Of a DNA stretch of 64,000 nt, positions 12,305 to 23,008 are shown piece by piece (position 1 is the stretch's first letter; every line of letters begins with the position of its first letter). The notes under the pieces were generated by a model. It did no database searches. It saw nothing but the letters and a program-made list of their open reading frames with translations, and was not told the DNA's origin. This DNA is from a virus (taxonomy: Duplodnaviria; Caudoviricetes). A program made the position numbers and the translations under genes. The stretch is from the IMG/VR virus record IMGVR_UViG_3300029268_002499, positions 765 to 64,764 of that record; one strand, written 5' to 3'.

Positions 12305-12703
12305 ATGTTAGTAAAGTATAGTTCAAATAACTCAGGTGGACATTGGTGGCTAGGAGATCAGGATTGGATGAATCTTGAAAAAGCGGGCTGGAAGGTAGGA
12401 TGGATTAAAGATGAGAGTGGTGATAATAGGAGAAAACACAAACCAGATAAGAATGGAGAATATCGTTGGTTAGGGGCTCTTGCTACAGATGCATCAAAAG
12501 AGTTTAATTCCATAAAAGAAGCATTAGAAGAATTTGAAAGAATAACTGACCAAAGGGTATCAGATGAAGGATGTAACTGTTGTGGGGCCCCTCACAGTTT
12601 CAACTGGGATGGTGGTTATATAAGTGGAAGTGATTGTTTGAGTTATTTATATGATGAAGTCCCAGGATCATTGAGGGAGGCTTGTGAAAGATTAAATAAA
12701 TAG
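12305..12703 (+). CDS. conserved phage hypothetical protein
   Basis: YSSNNSGG.WWL...GCNCCGAPHSF, strong RBS. Confidence 0.7.
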   Translation: MLVKYSSNNSGGHWWLGDQDWMNLEKAGWKVGWIKDESGDNRRKHKPDKNGEYRWLGALATDASKEFNSIKEALEEFERITDQRVSDEGCNCCGAPHSFNWDGGYISGSDCLSYLYDEVPGSLREACERLNK

Positions 12704-13185
12704 GAGGACATATGAAGGAATTAATATGGAAAAAAATTCCAAATAAAAATGTTCGTCTTATTTGGAAACACCCAAAATGTTCTCGTAAGAACTGTCAACA
12801 CTTTAAAGATGTAATTGATGTTCCACCAACATTTTTTGAAAATTCTGGAACACCAATATGTCCTGAATGTGGTGATGATTATGAATATTTGAGAACTGAA
12901 ATACTCTCAGGGGGAAAAAATGGCTAGACCAAAAAGAAAGATTTTTTACTCTTTGGGAGGATTTAGAGGGAAAGATAGTGAGTTGCCAGATATTCTTAAA
13001 GACGAAAAACTACGAGCAATGTTTAAAAATGTAAGAACAAAAAAGCAGGCATTGAAAAAACTTAAATACATTCCAACAGATTCTTTTATTGTAAGGCTTG
13101 TCACCAAAGGAGAAGACAGTTATATAAAGAATGTTTGGAAAGGAACTAAAAAAATTGAACATTAGTTTTTTGAAAACGATTGAGT

Positions 13186-13199
13186 TATATATATTAATT
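13186..13199 (+). promoter_or_regulatory. putative early promoter
   Basis: TATATATATTAATT upstream of ORF 13240. Confidence 0.75.
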
Positions 13200-13239
13200 T
13201 ATGAAATGAAGAGATGATTATTTTTTAAAAGGAGTAAAT

Positions 13240-13602
13240 ATGGAACACATACAAGAAATGGCAAGGTTGGGAAGTATTAAAAATATTGAAATCTGGGTTT
13301 ATCATGAAAATTTAATGAATCCTTCATTTCATATTAAAACAAAGACTTACGAAATTGTTCTGCAAATTAAAGATTTTAAAATCTTAGAATGGAAATACAG
13401 AATTTCGGGACAAAAAAATATATCCACTTCTGATAAATTAATTATTTACAAATTTTTAACAGAGAAGCATCGTAAGTTTGCCACCACAAATTGGCAAGTG
13501 CTTTTGATTTATTGGAATGATAGTAATTTGGAAAATCAATTATCAGAAGATACAAAAATTCCTTCATTGAAAGAATTTTTGAATATCAAAGACAAAAAGT
13601 AA
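13240..13602 (+). CDS. DUF4160-like small protein
   Basis: P.FHI motif and W...WN ending. Confidence 0.45.
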   Translation: MEHIQEMARLGSIKNIEIWVYHENLMNPSFHIKTKTYEIVLQIKDFKILEWKYRISGQKNISTSDKLIIYKFLTEKHRKFATTNWQVLLIYWNDSNLENQLSEDTKIPSLKEFLNIKDKK

Positions 13603-13653
13603 GGGAGAATATTTATATTCTCCCATTATTTTTATTTTAAAAAATAAAAGGAG

Positions 13654-14706
13654 GTGAAAATGAAAACAGGAGAATTGAAAAAAATAACAACTGATACATA
13701 TGAAATAAGACATTGGTTAGAAACTGGTTATGAAGAGTTAGAAGGAATAAATGGAAATCCAGATCCATTTATATTAGAGTTTCCTTCTTTATTAGATATT
13801 GGAATAATGGGTAAATGTAATAATAATTGTAAATTCTGTTATCAAGGAGATAATTATGACGAACACATGTCTCTTGATAATTTCAAAAAAATAATAGATG
13901 AATGTAAAGATTTTACAAATCAAATTGCTGCTGGAGGAAAAGGAGACCCAAACAAACATCCAAATTTTAAAGAGATCCTTGAATATTCTGTTAAAAATAA
14001 AGTTACACCAAATTATACGACATCAGGAATTGATTTGACTGATGAAGAAGTTGAAATAACTAAAAAATACGTTGGTGCCACAGCAGTCAGTATGCACTCA
14101 AAAGATTATACTTTCAATGCGCTTAACAAGTTTATTGATGCAGGAGTAAAAACAAACATTCATTTTGTTTTATCAAAAGAAACATACACTGATGCTTTAA
14201 GAATAGCAATTGGTGGAAATCCATGGAATGATAAAATAGATTTAAATAAAATTAATGGAATTGTTTTTCTTCTTTTTAAAAAACAAGGTCGTGGAAAAAA
14301 TTTAGAAAACTTTTCATTGAATAAAGAAGAATTAAAATTATTTTTGAATCTTTTTATTATTCATGACGCATTTAGACAACATACTTGTATGTTAGGTCTC
14401 GACCCTTGTTTAGTTAATGTTATGAAAAGACTAAATATTAAGTTTACTTCTGAGCAAGAAATGTGTGTTGATACTTGTGAAGGTGCAAGAATGGGAGGAT
14501 ATATTTCTCCTGATATGAAATTTGCACCGTGTTCATTTGGAGGAAAAGAAAGAGGTCAATCAATAATTGATTCAACTATAAGAGAAATATGGAACGATGG
14601 AAAAGAAGTTGTTGACTTCAGAGATAAATTAATAAAGGATCCATATTGTTGTCCATATGATTTAATAGATATTGGAGGTGAAAATGACACACAAATGGAT
14701 GTCTGA
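13654..14706 (+). CDS. radical SAM protein with C-terminal SPASM/twitch-like cysteines
   Basis: CNNNCKFC (CxxxCxxC), GG.GDP..HP, TTSG, C-terminal CEGA...ISPD...PCSF...IREIW...CP. Confidence 0.9.
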   Translation: MKMKTGELKKITTDTYEIRHWLETGYEELEGINGNPDPFILEFPSLLDIGIMGKCNNNCKFCYQGDNYDEHMSLDNFKKIIDECKDFTNQIAAGGKGDPNKHPNFKEILEYSVKNKVTPNYTTSGIDLTDEEVEITKKYVGATAVSMHSKDYTFNALNKFIDAGVKTNIHFVLSKETYTDALRIAIGGNPWNDKIDLNKINGIVFLLFKKQGRGKNLENFSLNKEELKLFLNLFIIHDAFRQHTCMLGLDPCLVNVMKRLNIKFTSEQEMCVDTCEGARMGGYISPDMKFAPCSFGGKERGQSIIDSTIREIWNDGKEVVDFRDKLIKDPYCCPYDLIDIGGENDTQMDV

Positions 14707-14892
14707 TTTATGTCATGAATTATTTGCTATTGTTAGTGGTTCTGTTGGTGTTGGGGGATCTATTGAAGAAACTGTTGATATAATGATTGATGCTATAAAA
14801 GAAGATCTAAAGACACTTTCTTTCTTAGAAATAATAAAACTATTTATTTATAGTTTAAAACACAAAGTTTTGAATAAAATTGGAGGTTAATA

Positions 14893-15423
14893 ATGCCCAG
14901 CTACTTAATTTCAGATTGTCATTTCGGCCATAAAAACATCATGTTATACGAAAAGAGACCCTTTGAAACAATCGAAGAGATGGATTCACATATTATAAAA
15001 TGCTGGAATAACAAAGTAAATAAACATGACACAGTATATTTTCTTGGTGATGTTTCTTTTTATGGAAAAGAAAAAACACGAGAAATAATAAATTCATTAA
15101 ATGGAAGAAAATTTTTGATTATGGGGAATCACGATCGTGCTCATTCAATGATTTGGTGGAAAGATGCTGGATTTGAATGGGTTTCAAAATGGCCAATACT
15201 TTTTAAAAAATGGTACATTCTTTCGCATGAACCAATTTATTTAAATGAGAATATGCCCTACGTCAATGTTCATGGTCATATTCATAGTAAAAAATATACA
15301 TCACCACAATATATAAATATATCAGTTGAACAAATAAATTATACACCAGTAGATTTTGAAGCAATACGTTTTCCTGAAGAACCAATTGACCCAGAAATTG
15401 CTGAAGACGGTGAAATTCAATAA
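14893..15423 (+). CDS. calcineurin-like metallophosphoesterase
   Basis: SDCHFGH, LGD, GNHD, SH.P, HGHIH motifs. Confidence 0.9.
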   Translation: MPSYLISDCHFGHKNIMLYEKRPFETIEEMDSHIIKCWNNKVNKHDTVYFLGDVSFYGKEKTREIINSLNGRKFLIMGNHDRAHSMIWWKDAGFEWVSKWPILFKKWYILSHEPIYLNENMPYVNVHGHIHSKKYTSPQYINISVEQINYTPVDFEAIRFPEEPIDPEIAEDGEIQ

Positions 15424-15437
15424 AAAAGGAGAAAATC

Positions 15438-16226
15438 ATGGGATTAGACGTTTACTTATACAAATTTGAAAATTTTGAAAAAACAATGGAACTTGAAGAA
15501 GAATTCTCTTCAGAATCAACCGAAATGCGGAAAAAAAATACAAATGGAAAATCATATAGTAAATTAACAGAAGATGAAAAAAATATACTTTCTAAAAATA
15601 GTAAAGAATTGAGAGATGCAATATTTTGTGGGGCTCCATTGATGGAAAGTATTGAAATTGATTCATCATTATATCCAGAGCATCTATTTAAAATTGGTTA
15701 TTTTCGAAGCAGCTACAACTCAGGAGGAATCAATTCAGTATTGAGAAGAACTATTGGAAAAGATCTTTATGATATTTTTCAACCAGATCTACAGGATGAA
15801 TATTATATAAGACCTGATTGGAATAAAGCATTAACCATAGCAACACAAATAAAAGAAGAGTTTGAACAACATGTTCATCGTTGTCCATTCGATGTTATAA
15901 GTGAATCTTTTCGATACGTTTCTAAAGAAATAAATTCTGACAAAGAAGCTTTGGAAGTATTCATGAAAGAATATGAAGACACTAAAAAAAGAGTATTTGA
16001 TAACTATAGCAATAGCAATGGAACTTTTTATTTAGGAGAAAATTTTCTAAAAGTTAGAGGAGTAATAACTGCAAAAAATAAATTGGGGGATTGTTGTTAT
16101 ATTATTTATGAAAAACCATCAGAAGAGTATTGGATAAAAGAGGCACTAGAAATAGTGATAGAAACAATAAACTACGTTCTTTCACAACCTGATAAATATC
16201 AATATAGACTGGGTTGGAGCAGTTAA
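15438..16226 (+). CDS. conserved phage protein (MGLD family)
   Basis: MGLDVYLY start, GYFRSSYN, WSS end. Confidence 0.7.
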   Translation: MGLDVYLYKFENFEKTMELEEEFSSESTEMRKKNTNGKSYSKLTEDEKNILSKNSKELRDAIFCGAPLMESIEIDSSLYPEHLFKIGYFRSSYNSGGINSVLRRTIGKDLYDIFQPDLQDEYYIRPDWNKALTIATQIKEEFEQHVHRCPFDVISESFRYVSKEINSDKEALEVFMKEYEDTKKRVFDNYSNSNGTFYLGENFLKVRGVITAKNKLGDCCYIIYEKPSEEYWIKEALEIVIETINYVLSQPDKYQYRLGWSS

Positions 16227-16236
16227 GGAGATTATC

Positions 16237-16596
16237 ATGGGTGATAGATCAAATATTGTTGTTACGGGATTTGGTGATAAACTTGGTCAAAGAATTTATT
16301 TGTATGGGCATTGGATGGGAATGAACCATGTAAAAATCTTGAAGGAATCTCTATTAAGAGGAAGAGATAGATGGAATGACCCATCATATTTAACTAGAAT
16401 AATTTTCAGTGAAATGATTAAAAATGATGTAATGGGGACAACAGGATATGGAATTTCACCTGAGATTATGGATAATGAACATCCATTACTTATTGTCAAT
16501 GTTGAAATACAAACTGTGACACTTGAAGATTATAAAATTATTTCTTTTGAAGATTTTATAAAAAATGGATTTCCAGAAGAATATAAGGAGGAGTAA
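16237..16596 (+). CDS. conserved phage hypothetical protein
   Basis: MGDRSNI...YLY.HW.G...RW.D.SYL.RI pattern. Confidence 0.7.
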   Translation: MGDRSNIVVTGFGDKLGQRIYLYGHWMGMNHVKILKESLLRGRDRWNDPSYLTRIIFSEMIKNDVMGTTGYGISPEIMDNEHPLLIVNVEIQTVTLEDYKIISFEDFIKNGFPEEYKEE

Positions 16597-16848
16597 TCAT
16601 GGAAGACAAAACAGATTTTGATGGAAATGAGCTGATACCATTTGTGATAATAATTCGTGACAATGTTGTAGACGAAATGATTAGATGTCATAATTCTGCC
16701 GAGGCTGAAACTATTTTTATTGAGCAGGTAAAACTTCATACAGGAACAAATGATCAAACACAAGAGTATATTGATATGATACTTGATGATGGGTGTGAAT
16801 CTTTTGATGATGGATCCGTATGCATTTCTTGGGCATAAGGAGGTTTGT

Positions 16849-17370
16849 ATGAAGATACGAATGTCGAATGTAACAAATAGTTCATCAAGTTCTTTTCTGG
16901 TTGCTTGGCCAAAGAGAATTAATAAAAAATCAAGAAAAACGGTAATTGAGTTCATTGAACCAGAGAAAGTTGATACAATTTTAAATGATTCTACCAAAGG
17001 AATAAAAATTAAATATACACCTAGAACAATTGAAAGAATAACTAATATTTTTCTCAGAACTGGTGGATGGTTAGATGAAATACCAGAAGAACTAAAAAGT
17101 TTATTGGATGAAGAAACAAAAATTATTAATGATAATGTATTGTGGAATAAGCATTTTGCAAAATATTCAGTATCTAGTGAAAGATATAAAGAATATAAAA
17201 AAGATTGGGTTAGTTTTAGAAAAAAATTAGCCGAAGCTTTCATTAAAAAGACAGAAGGAATGTGGTTATATTCTTATGAATATAGTGATAATGATGGTGA
17301 ATTTTATGCAGATATGGAACATGGGAGAACATTTTATGAACTTGTGTATATACAATTAAGTCATCATTAA
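16849..17370 (+). CDS. protein with N-terminal MKIRMSNVTNSSSSSF tag
   Basis: Start reassigned to ATG 16849 (AGGAGG RBS); tag shared with 17390, 36867, 37459. Confidence 0.8.
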   Translation: MKIRMSNVTNSSSSSFLVAWPKRINKKSRKTVIEFIEPEKVDTILNDSTKGIKIKYTPRTIERITNIFLRTGGWLDEIPEELKSLLDEETKIINDNVLWNKHFAKYSVSSERYKEYKKDWVSFRKKLAEAFIKKTEGMWLYSYEYSDNDGEFYADMEHGRTFYELVYIQLSHH

Positions 17371-17389
17371 AATAAAAAGGAGATAGCTT

Positions 17390-17947
17390 ATGAAAATAAG
17401 AGTGTCAAATGTAACAAACAGTTCAAGCGCCAGTTTCTTTTTAACTGTTGAAACTGTCTATTCAGATATGGCAGAATTTAAAAAAGGATGGGAAAAATTT
17501 ATATTAGAATGTTTAGATAATGAATTTTCTGAAAAAAATGAAAACTATATTGTAAGGGAAACACAAAATATAGGTATTAAACATATTGGGCAAAATATAT
17601 TCAGATTAGATTCACACACTTCAATGCTTAATGACATTGTATCAGATCTTCCAAAACCTTTCTTAAGAATCTTACTTGATGTAAACAGAGAAGTAGCACT
17701 TTCAAAATATGGAATAAAAACAGCAAAATTGGAAGTCTTCGAAGATAATGGATCTATTGATGATTACAACAGATATCCAATGGAGGAAGAACGGGAAAAG
17801 GAATTAAAGAAACATTTGGGAGAGGTCATTAAAAGAATTAAAAAAGAAGATATTAGTGCTGAAAAACGATGGAAAAAACTTATGGAAGGTATTAATAGAG
17901 ATAATGTAAAAAGTACCTCAGAAACATATTCGAATGAGGAGGATTAA
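17390..17947 (+). CDS. protein with N-terminal MKIRVSNVTNSSSASF tag
   Basis: Tag at the first residues; rest shows no obvious similarity to 16849. Confidence 0.8.
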   Translation: MKIRVSNVTNSSSASFFLTVETVYSDMAEFKKGWEKFILECLDNEFSEKNENYIVRETQNIGIKHIGQNIFRLDSHTSMLNDIVSDLPKPFLRILLDVNREVALSKYGIKTAKLEVFEDNGSIDDYNRYPMEEEREKELKKHLGEVIKRIKKEDISAEKRWKKLMEGINRDNVKSTSETYSNEED

Positions 17948-18161
17948 AAATGTCTGTGTATTACAATGCAATAGAACTTGGATTTAACATTTTTATGGTT
18001 ATTGCATGTTTAGCTTGTATTATTATATCGTCTTTCCACTGGTCAGATAAATACAAAGAAAAAAATAGTTTCGAAAAAGCTATTTTTTATCTGATGTGGG
18101 CTACCTTGCTCATTAGTATTTTAAGATCGTGGAATATAAGTAATAATTAAAAGGAGAAAAA

Positions 18162-18836
18162 ATGAAAAAAAATAAAGAAGAAAATGATGTACCTGAGTTT
18201 AATGAAAATGAAGGATTACATTCTGATTGCACTTATGCTAAGGGATTAAATTGTGATTGCGTTGGTGTTAAAGGATTTATTGGAACAAAAACCCCTGTTA
18301 GTAATTCCTACGAAGGAACTACAGGTGTTAAGTGTGATCCTGGTGTTGCACAAGGGTTAAGTTGTAATTGTGGTGGTGATAAAGGTGATGAAGGATGGAA
18401 AGGAAAATATAAAATGGAAAAAGTAGAAAGAATGGGAATGGATGATAGCAAAGTAGCGACAAGATTATTGGAAAAAAATTGGAGTCCGCTTTTGGTCCGC
18501 AAGTACCAATTACGCGGCTGGCCTCTTTTTTTAGGAATCATAACGGATTGTAGCATATCGTCTCTCGATACGTTATTTTATAAAGTTGTTGACGAAGCAG
18601 AAAAATTAGGAATGTTCGATCAAGATTTACAAAATATTAGAAATTTTGTAGGATTTTTATCAGACAAAGTAATTGAACATTTCGATTCAATGAAACGAGG
18701 ATCTGTCGAGGGGGTAGCAATAATGTGGTACGTTGATAAATGCGCTGTGGCTAGTTCACTATTTGGAGATCATATGGTACATAAAGCGTGTAGGGACGAA
18801 TTCTACTTTATAATCGGCATGTTACCTCACATATAG
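18162..18836 (+). CDS. hypothetical protein with short Gly/Cys-rich, G-X-Y-like N-terminal region
   Basis: GVKGFIGTK...GTTGVK...GDKGDEGWKG. Confidence 0.6.
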   Translation: MKKNKEENDVPEFNENEGLHSDCTYAKGLNCDCVGVKGFIGTKTPVSNSYEGTTGVKCDPGVAQGLSCNCGGDKGDEGWKGKYKMEKVERMGMDDSKVATRLLEKNWSPLLVRKYQLRGWPLFLGIITDCSISSLDTLFYKVVDEAEKLGMFDQDLQNIRNFVGFLSDKVIEHFDSMKRGSVEGVAIMWYVDKCAVASSLFGDHMVHKACRDEFYFIIGMLPHI

Positions 18837-18855
18837 ATTGTTTTATAATATCTCG

Positions 18856-18905
18856 AGATGATCTTCTACTAAACTAGAACAAAATATAAAAGTAGGAGAT
18901 CATTT
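18856..18905 (+). promoter_or_regulatory. RBS-sequestering hairpin with late motif in its loop
   Basis: ATGATCTTCTACT (18858-70) pairs with AGTAGGAGATCAT (18891-903); loop contains AGAACAAAATATAAA. Confidence 0.75.
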
Positions 18906-18908
18906 AAA

Positions 18909-20354
18909 ATGAGTCTATGTGATTATGGTTGTGGTCAAGAAGGAATTTACAAGATTGGAAATAGATTATGTTGTTCTAAATCTTATAATTCCTGTCCTGC
19001 CAAAAAAGTTAGAAAAATTGTACCTAGAGAAAAACCAGAGGTTTGTGACTACGGATGCGGGCAAGAACCAAAATTTAGATTTGCCAATGATAAGTGGTGT
19101 TGTTCTGCATCGCAAAATGCGTGTCCATCTAAAGCAAAAAGATGTGCAGAAGCATCTTTTGGAAAAAGAGGGGATGGACACGCAAAACCTTTTGGCACAA
19201 TCGAATTATGTTCTTTTGGTTGTGGAAAAATTGCTGAATTTAAATACAAAAGTGGGCAGTATTGCTGTTTAGATGACTGGCATAGATGCCCAGGACAACA
19301 TGAGAATATATCAAAAAGAACAACTATTATTTGGTCTGACAAACAAAGAAGAAAAAATTTAAGCGACCTCAGAAAAAAGAATAAAAAAGTTCCTAAACCT
19401 ATAGCTCTTTCTGAAGATACAGAATATAAATGTAAATATTGTGGGGAAAAAGCTAAATTTTTATTTAAAACTCATATGTTATATAGCTGTTCAGATCGCA
19501 TTGAAAGGTGTCCAGTCGTCAGAGAAGATGCATCAAAAAAGAATAAAATAAGATGGGAAGCCCCAGAATTTAGAGAAATGATGTCTGGAAGAGAGTGTTC
19601 TGAGGAAACAAGAAATAAGATAAGTAAATCTCAAATTGGAAAAACAATATCAGAAGAGACTAAAAGAAAGATTGCTCTTACGAGAAAGGGAAAATCTTTA
19701 GAAGAATGGTTAGGAAGTAAAGAAAAAGCAGATGCCTATAGATTAAAAAAATCTTTACTTATGAAAGGTAAAACTTTTAAAGATAGATTTGGTGAAGAAC
19801 GTGCTAAAGAAATAATAAAGAAAACCTCAGACAAATTAAAAGGAAGAACTCACACACTAGAAACTAGAAAAAAGATGTCTATAAAGAAAAAGGAGCACTG
19901 GAAAGACCCAAATGTTACTTACAATCAAAAAGAATGGCGAGAGATGAAAGGAAGGAATACATCTCAACGATTGTTAGATCCAGAATATTGTAAAATGATG
20001 CAACAAGCTTTACATATGAAACCTAATAAACCCGAAACTTTATTGATAAATCTTTTTAAAGATCTAAATCTTGACTTTAAATATGTTGGTGATTTTTCAG
20101 TTATAATTAATGGTAAAAATCCAGACTTTATAGATGAAGAAAAGAGCCTCATCATTGAGTTTTTCGGCGATTATTGGCATGGAGAAAAATATAGAAATGA
20201 TGGAATTAGTAATGAAACTCATGAACAACAGCGTATCGAACACTTCCAGCAGCAAGGTTACGAATGCCTCATAATTTGGGAGACAGACCTACAAGAAAAC
20301 CTACAAGAAACAGTTAACAAGATTCTCGAATTTAGTTGTAATACTCAATTATAA
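18909..20354 (+). mobile_element. free-standing homing endonuclease (Cys-repeat, NUMOD3, PD-(D/E)XK/Vsr-like)
   Basis: CDYGCG-type repeats, SEETR/KxKIS NUMOD3 repeats, C-terminal PDF...IIEFFGDYWH...IIWE. Confidence 0.8.
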
Positions 20355-20378
20355 ATAATTTAACAAAAGGAGAACAGT

Positions 20379-20555
20379 ATGAAACATGCATCATTTACAA
20401 AACCGTTATCAATTTCATTCACACAAGAGGTTTTTAAACAGATTAAAGATATTACTGACCAACAGAGAATTTCAATGGCTGAATGGGTAAGGTATGCTTG
20501 TGAAAAGGCACTTAATGAAACAGAAAATGAAAAGATTCCTGCATCAGAAAATTAA
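20379..20555 (+). CDS. ribbon-helix-helix DNA-binding protein (58 aa, not in ORF track)
   Basis: AGGAG RBS; MKHASFTKPLSISFTQEVFKQIKDITDQQRISMAEWVRYACEKAL fits the CopG/RHH pattern. Confidence 0.65.
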   Translation: MKHASFTKPLSISFTQEVFKQIKDITDQQRISMAEWVRYACEKALNETENEKIPASEN

Positions 20556-20561
20556 AATTTT

Positions 20562-21065
20562 ATGTTCACCGAAACGGAAATATTACAAGCAAATAAAACA
20601 TGTTCATGCGGGTGTGTTATAAAAAATTCAATTGTTCCTAAATGGATTATGGAAAATATTCCAAGGGATAAATCAATTTTAGATTTTGGTGCAGGAAAAC
20701 AAGCATACCATGCGAGAAATCTTACAAAAGAAGGATTCACAAAAGTAGACGCACATGAATTTGGAAAAAACTCAAGAAAAAGAATACACACAACAAAAGC
20801 ATTAGAAAAAGAATATGATGTTGTTTATGCGAGCAATGTTCTCAATGTTCAAACAAGTAAAGAAATGATGCGGGGAACATTACAACTTATTAAAGATGTA
20901 ACTTCTGTAAACGGTGTATTTGTATTTAATTATCCAAAGTCACCAAGAAAAAATGATCTTATTTTAGCAGAAGTTTTGGAAATTGTTAAAGAATTTTTTA
21001 CAACAATCGAATATGATGGAAATGGGATATTTATTTCAAAAAAAAGTGAAGGAGAAAAGGTATGA
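20562..21065 (+). CDS. class I SAM-dependent methyltransferase
   Basis: ILDFGAG, YDVVYASNVLNV. Confidence 0.85.
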   Translation: MFTETEILQANKTCSCGCVIKNSIVPKWIMENIPRDKSILDFGAGKQAYHARNLTKEGFTKVDAHEFGKNSRKRIHTTKALEKEYDVVYASNVLNVQTSKEMMRGTLQLIKDVTSVNGVFVFNYPKSPRKNDLILAEVLEIVKEFFTTIEYDGNGIFISKKSEGEKV

Positions 21066-21463
21066 ACAAAGGGGAAGATGGCGCCAGAAAGTTTTACTAT
21101 TATTTTCGTGATGAAGTAATGAGACCATTAATTACAGTTTGTTTACTCGAAGATGATAGTAAATTTTACAGAGGTATTGCTATATGCTCACCACGAGATT
21201 TTCCAAAAAAATCTGAAGGTAGAAATATAGCACTTGGAAGAGCAAGACAAGCACAGAAAAAAGGAAAAACAGACATCAATAGTATTGTTACAAGAGATGA
21301 AACAATGTTTGTTCTTAGCCAAGTTGATAATTTAGAAAACTTTCCATTTGAAGAAGTAACAGATGAATATACAGTTACTTATAAAAGTGCATTCGATGTA
21401 AAATTAACACCTTTTGAAAAAGTGTTAATGATGAAACCAGTAAAGTGTGAAAAAGGAGAATAG
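21062..21463 (+). CDS. conserved phage protein
   Basis: G.AICSP.D...K..GR.IAL.RA motif. Confidence 0.7.
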   Translation: MNKGEDGARKFYYYFRDEVMRPLITVCLLEDDSKFYRGIAICSPRDFPKKSEGRNIALGRARQAQKKGKTDINSIVTRDETMFVLSQVDNLENFPFEEVTDEYTVTYKSAFDVKLTPFEKVLMMKPVKCEKGE

Positions 21464-21465
21464 TT

Positions 21466-22386
21466 ATGCCAAGTACATTTGAAACATTTAGAACAAGATG
21501 TTTAGCTGCGGGAATGGTTTATGAAGATAATGTTGGATTATATATAGATAGATACAGTTGTGTAAAATATAAAGAAGCACAAACAATAAATGGAGCTGAA
21601 CCACTTCCTCTTTTGGCAGTTTATACAAAAAGTGTAGGCGGGCAACAATATAATTATGCAGGTGTTGTTTCTCTTGAATACAATTTTGTTGGAAATGAAT
21701 CATTGGTCGATTCAATAACAAGATCAATAACTGACATTGGTTCATCCGTTCTAGATGAAAATCCAACACTGAATGGAACTTTAACAGGAATGATTAATGA
21801 AATTGTTTTGAGAGACACAAATGAAATTGCTAATGTTGGTGATATTTATCCACATGTTACATTGATTAATTCATATAATGGAACAAGACAGGCTGAAGTT
21901 TCATTTGGAATTACAATGATTGATGCCTCAACGGGATCAAGACATAACATGACATTCAGACAAACATTTGGAATGTTTAAACAAATTCATGTTGCAAATG
22001 CAAGAACAAGTTTAAATTATACAATGGAAAATACTGTTAAAAGTATTAATGAAAATATTGCTGACTTTATCAAGGTAAATACAGAGACAAAAATAGATGA
22101 GAGAACTTTGTTGTCTACTCTTGATTTGGTTGAAAAGGTTGGAAAGAAAAGAAGGGATGAAGTTTCTAATTATATAAAGAATCTTGCAGCTGCTGCCCCA
22201 GGAAGAGAAACAACGTCTTGGGATTTGTTTTTAGCAATTTCAAAATTTTCATCTGTTGAAAAGAATTTGAATGCTAAAATAGTTCTTGAGGATATTGTTG
22301 AAAGAATTATGGTTCTCCCAGCAAAAATGATTAATTCATTACAAACGATTAATTCCGAGCCGACTCTAAGCCAAAGAGCGGCCTAG
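21466..22386 (+). CDS. DUF932/DUF945-like phage protein
   Basis: GVVS..Y..V.N, LINSYNG, H motif, T.WDL helix. Confidence 0.5.
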   Translation: MPSTFETFRTRCLAAGMVYEDNVGLYIDRYSCVKYKEAQTINGAEPLPLLAVYTKSVGGQQYNYAGVVSLEYNFVGNESLVDSITRSITDIGSSVLDENPTLNGTLTGMINEIVLRDTNEIANVGDIYPHVTLINSYNGTRQAEVSFGITMIDASTGSRHNMTFRQTFGMFKQIHVANARTSLNYTMENTVKSINENIADFIKVNTETKIDERTLLSTLDLVEKVGKKRRDEVSNYIKNLAAAAPGRETTSWDLFLAISKFSSVEKNLNAKIVLEDIVERIMVLPAKMINSLQTINSEPTLSQRAA

Positions 22387-22442
22387 TTCATTTATCCTCC
22401 TCCTTGTAATACGTGGTGCCAGGTGCACGTTAAACACCTGGC

Positions 22443-22928
22443 TTATTGATTATTTTGTGTTGGTTTTTCTGTCATTTTTCTTTCTGCATATCCAAGTGCG
22501 GTATTTTTAGCCATTCCTGTTGCCATATTTTTAGCAGCCTGAACAGGTTGTGATGTTGTAACTTTATTTACCATTCCTGAATTTTTTATTTGCCCCATTC
22601 TTTTAGCAGCTCCAGATGTAACAGCATCAACTCTTTGTTTTGCAGCTTGAGCAGCTGCGGTATTTCTTAATGCAGTTACTTTGTTTGCTGCTGCTTGTGC
22701 CATTCTAGATTTTTGTATATTTGCTGCAACTTGAGCAGCCCCAGTTCTAATTTGGTTTGCTCCACCTATAACTCTTTTACCAACACCAGTTTGACCAGCT
22801 CTTGTAATCGCATTCATGGCTTGCCCAGCATATCTTCCAGCAAAATTTGCAATTGGCTGAATAAATTCATGAAGAGCCATTTCGCCTTCTAGATAAAGAA
22901 GATAATTTTCAATTATTGTTTTTTTCAT
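22443..22928 (-). CDS. Ala/Lys-rich putative internal virion protein
   Basis: Late motif upstream; N-terminal IENYLLYLE leader; helical, low complexity. Confidence 0.5.
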   Translation of the reverse strand: MKKTIIENYLLYLEGEMALHEFIQPIANFAGRYAGQAMNAITRAGQTGVGKRVIGGANQIRTGAAQVAANIQKSRMAQAAANKVTALRNTAAAQAAKQRVDAVTSGAAKRMGQIKNSGMVNKVTTSQPVQAAKNMATGMAKNTALGYAERKMTEKPTQNNQ

Positions 22929-22940
22929 GATATCCTCATC

Positions 22941-22991
22941 TTTTACTTTTTGTTCTCATTTTAGATGTTCATTCTCCTATATATATTAATT
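22941..22991. promoter_or_regulatory. back-to-back late (-) and early (+) motifs
   Basis: GAGAACAAAAAGTAAAA on minus (22941-57); TATATATATTAATT on plus (22978-91). Confidence 0.7.
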
Positions 22992-23008
22992 TGTGAGAAA
23001 GAAGTGAT

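Noticed and set aside
16530-17243. 237-aa antisense ORF and similar short opposite-strand ORFs in the track
   Set aside because: Shadow frames of AT-rich genes, with no RBS or recognisable motifs
22411-22442. Pistol ribozyme (CGTG...CACGTTAAA resembles its P1)
   Set aside because: No P2/P3 or cleavage-site strand present
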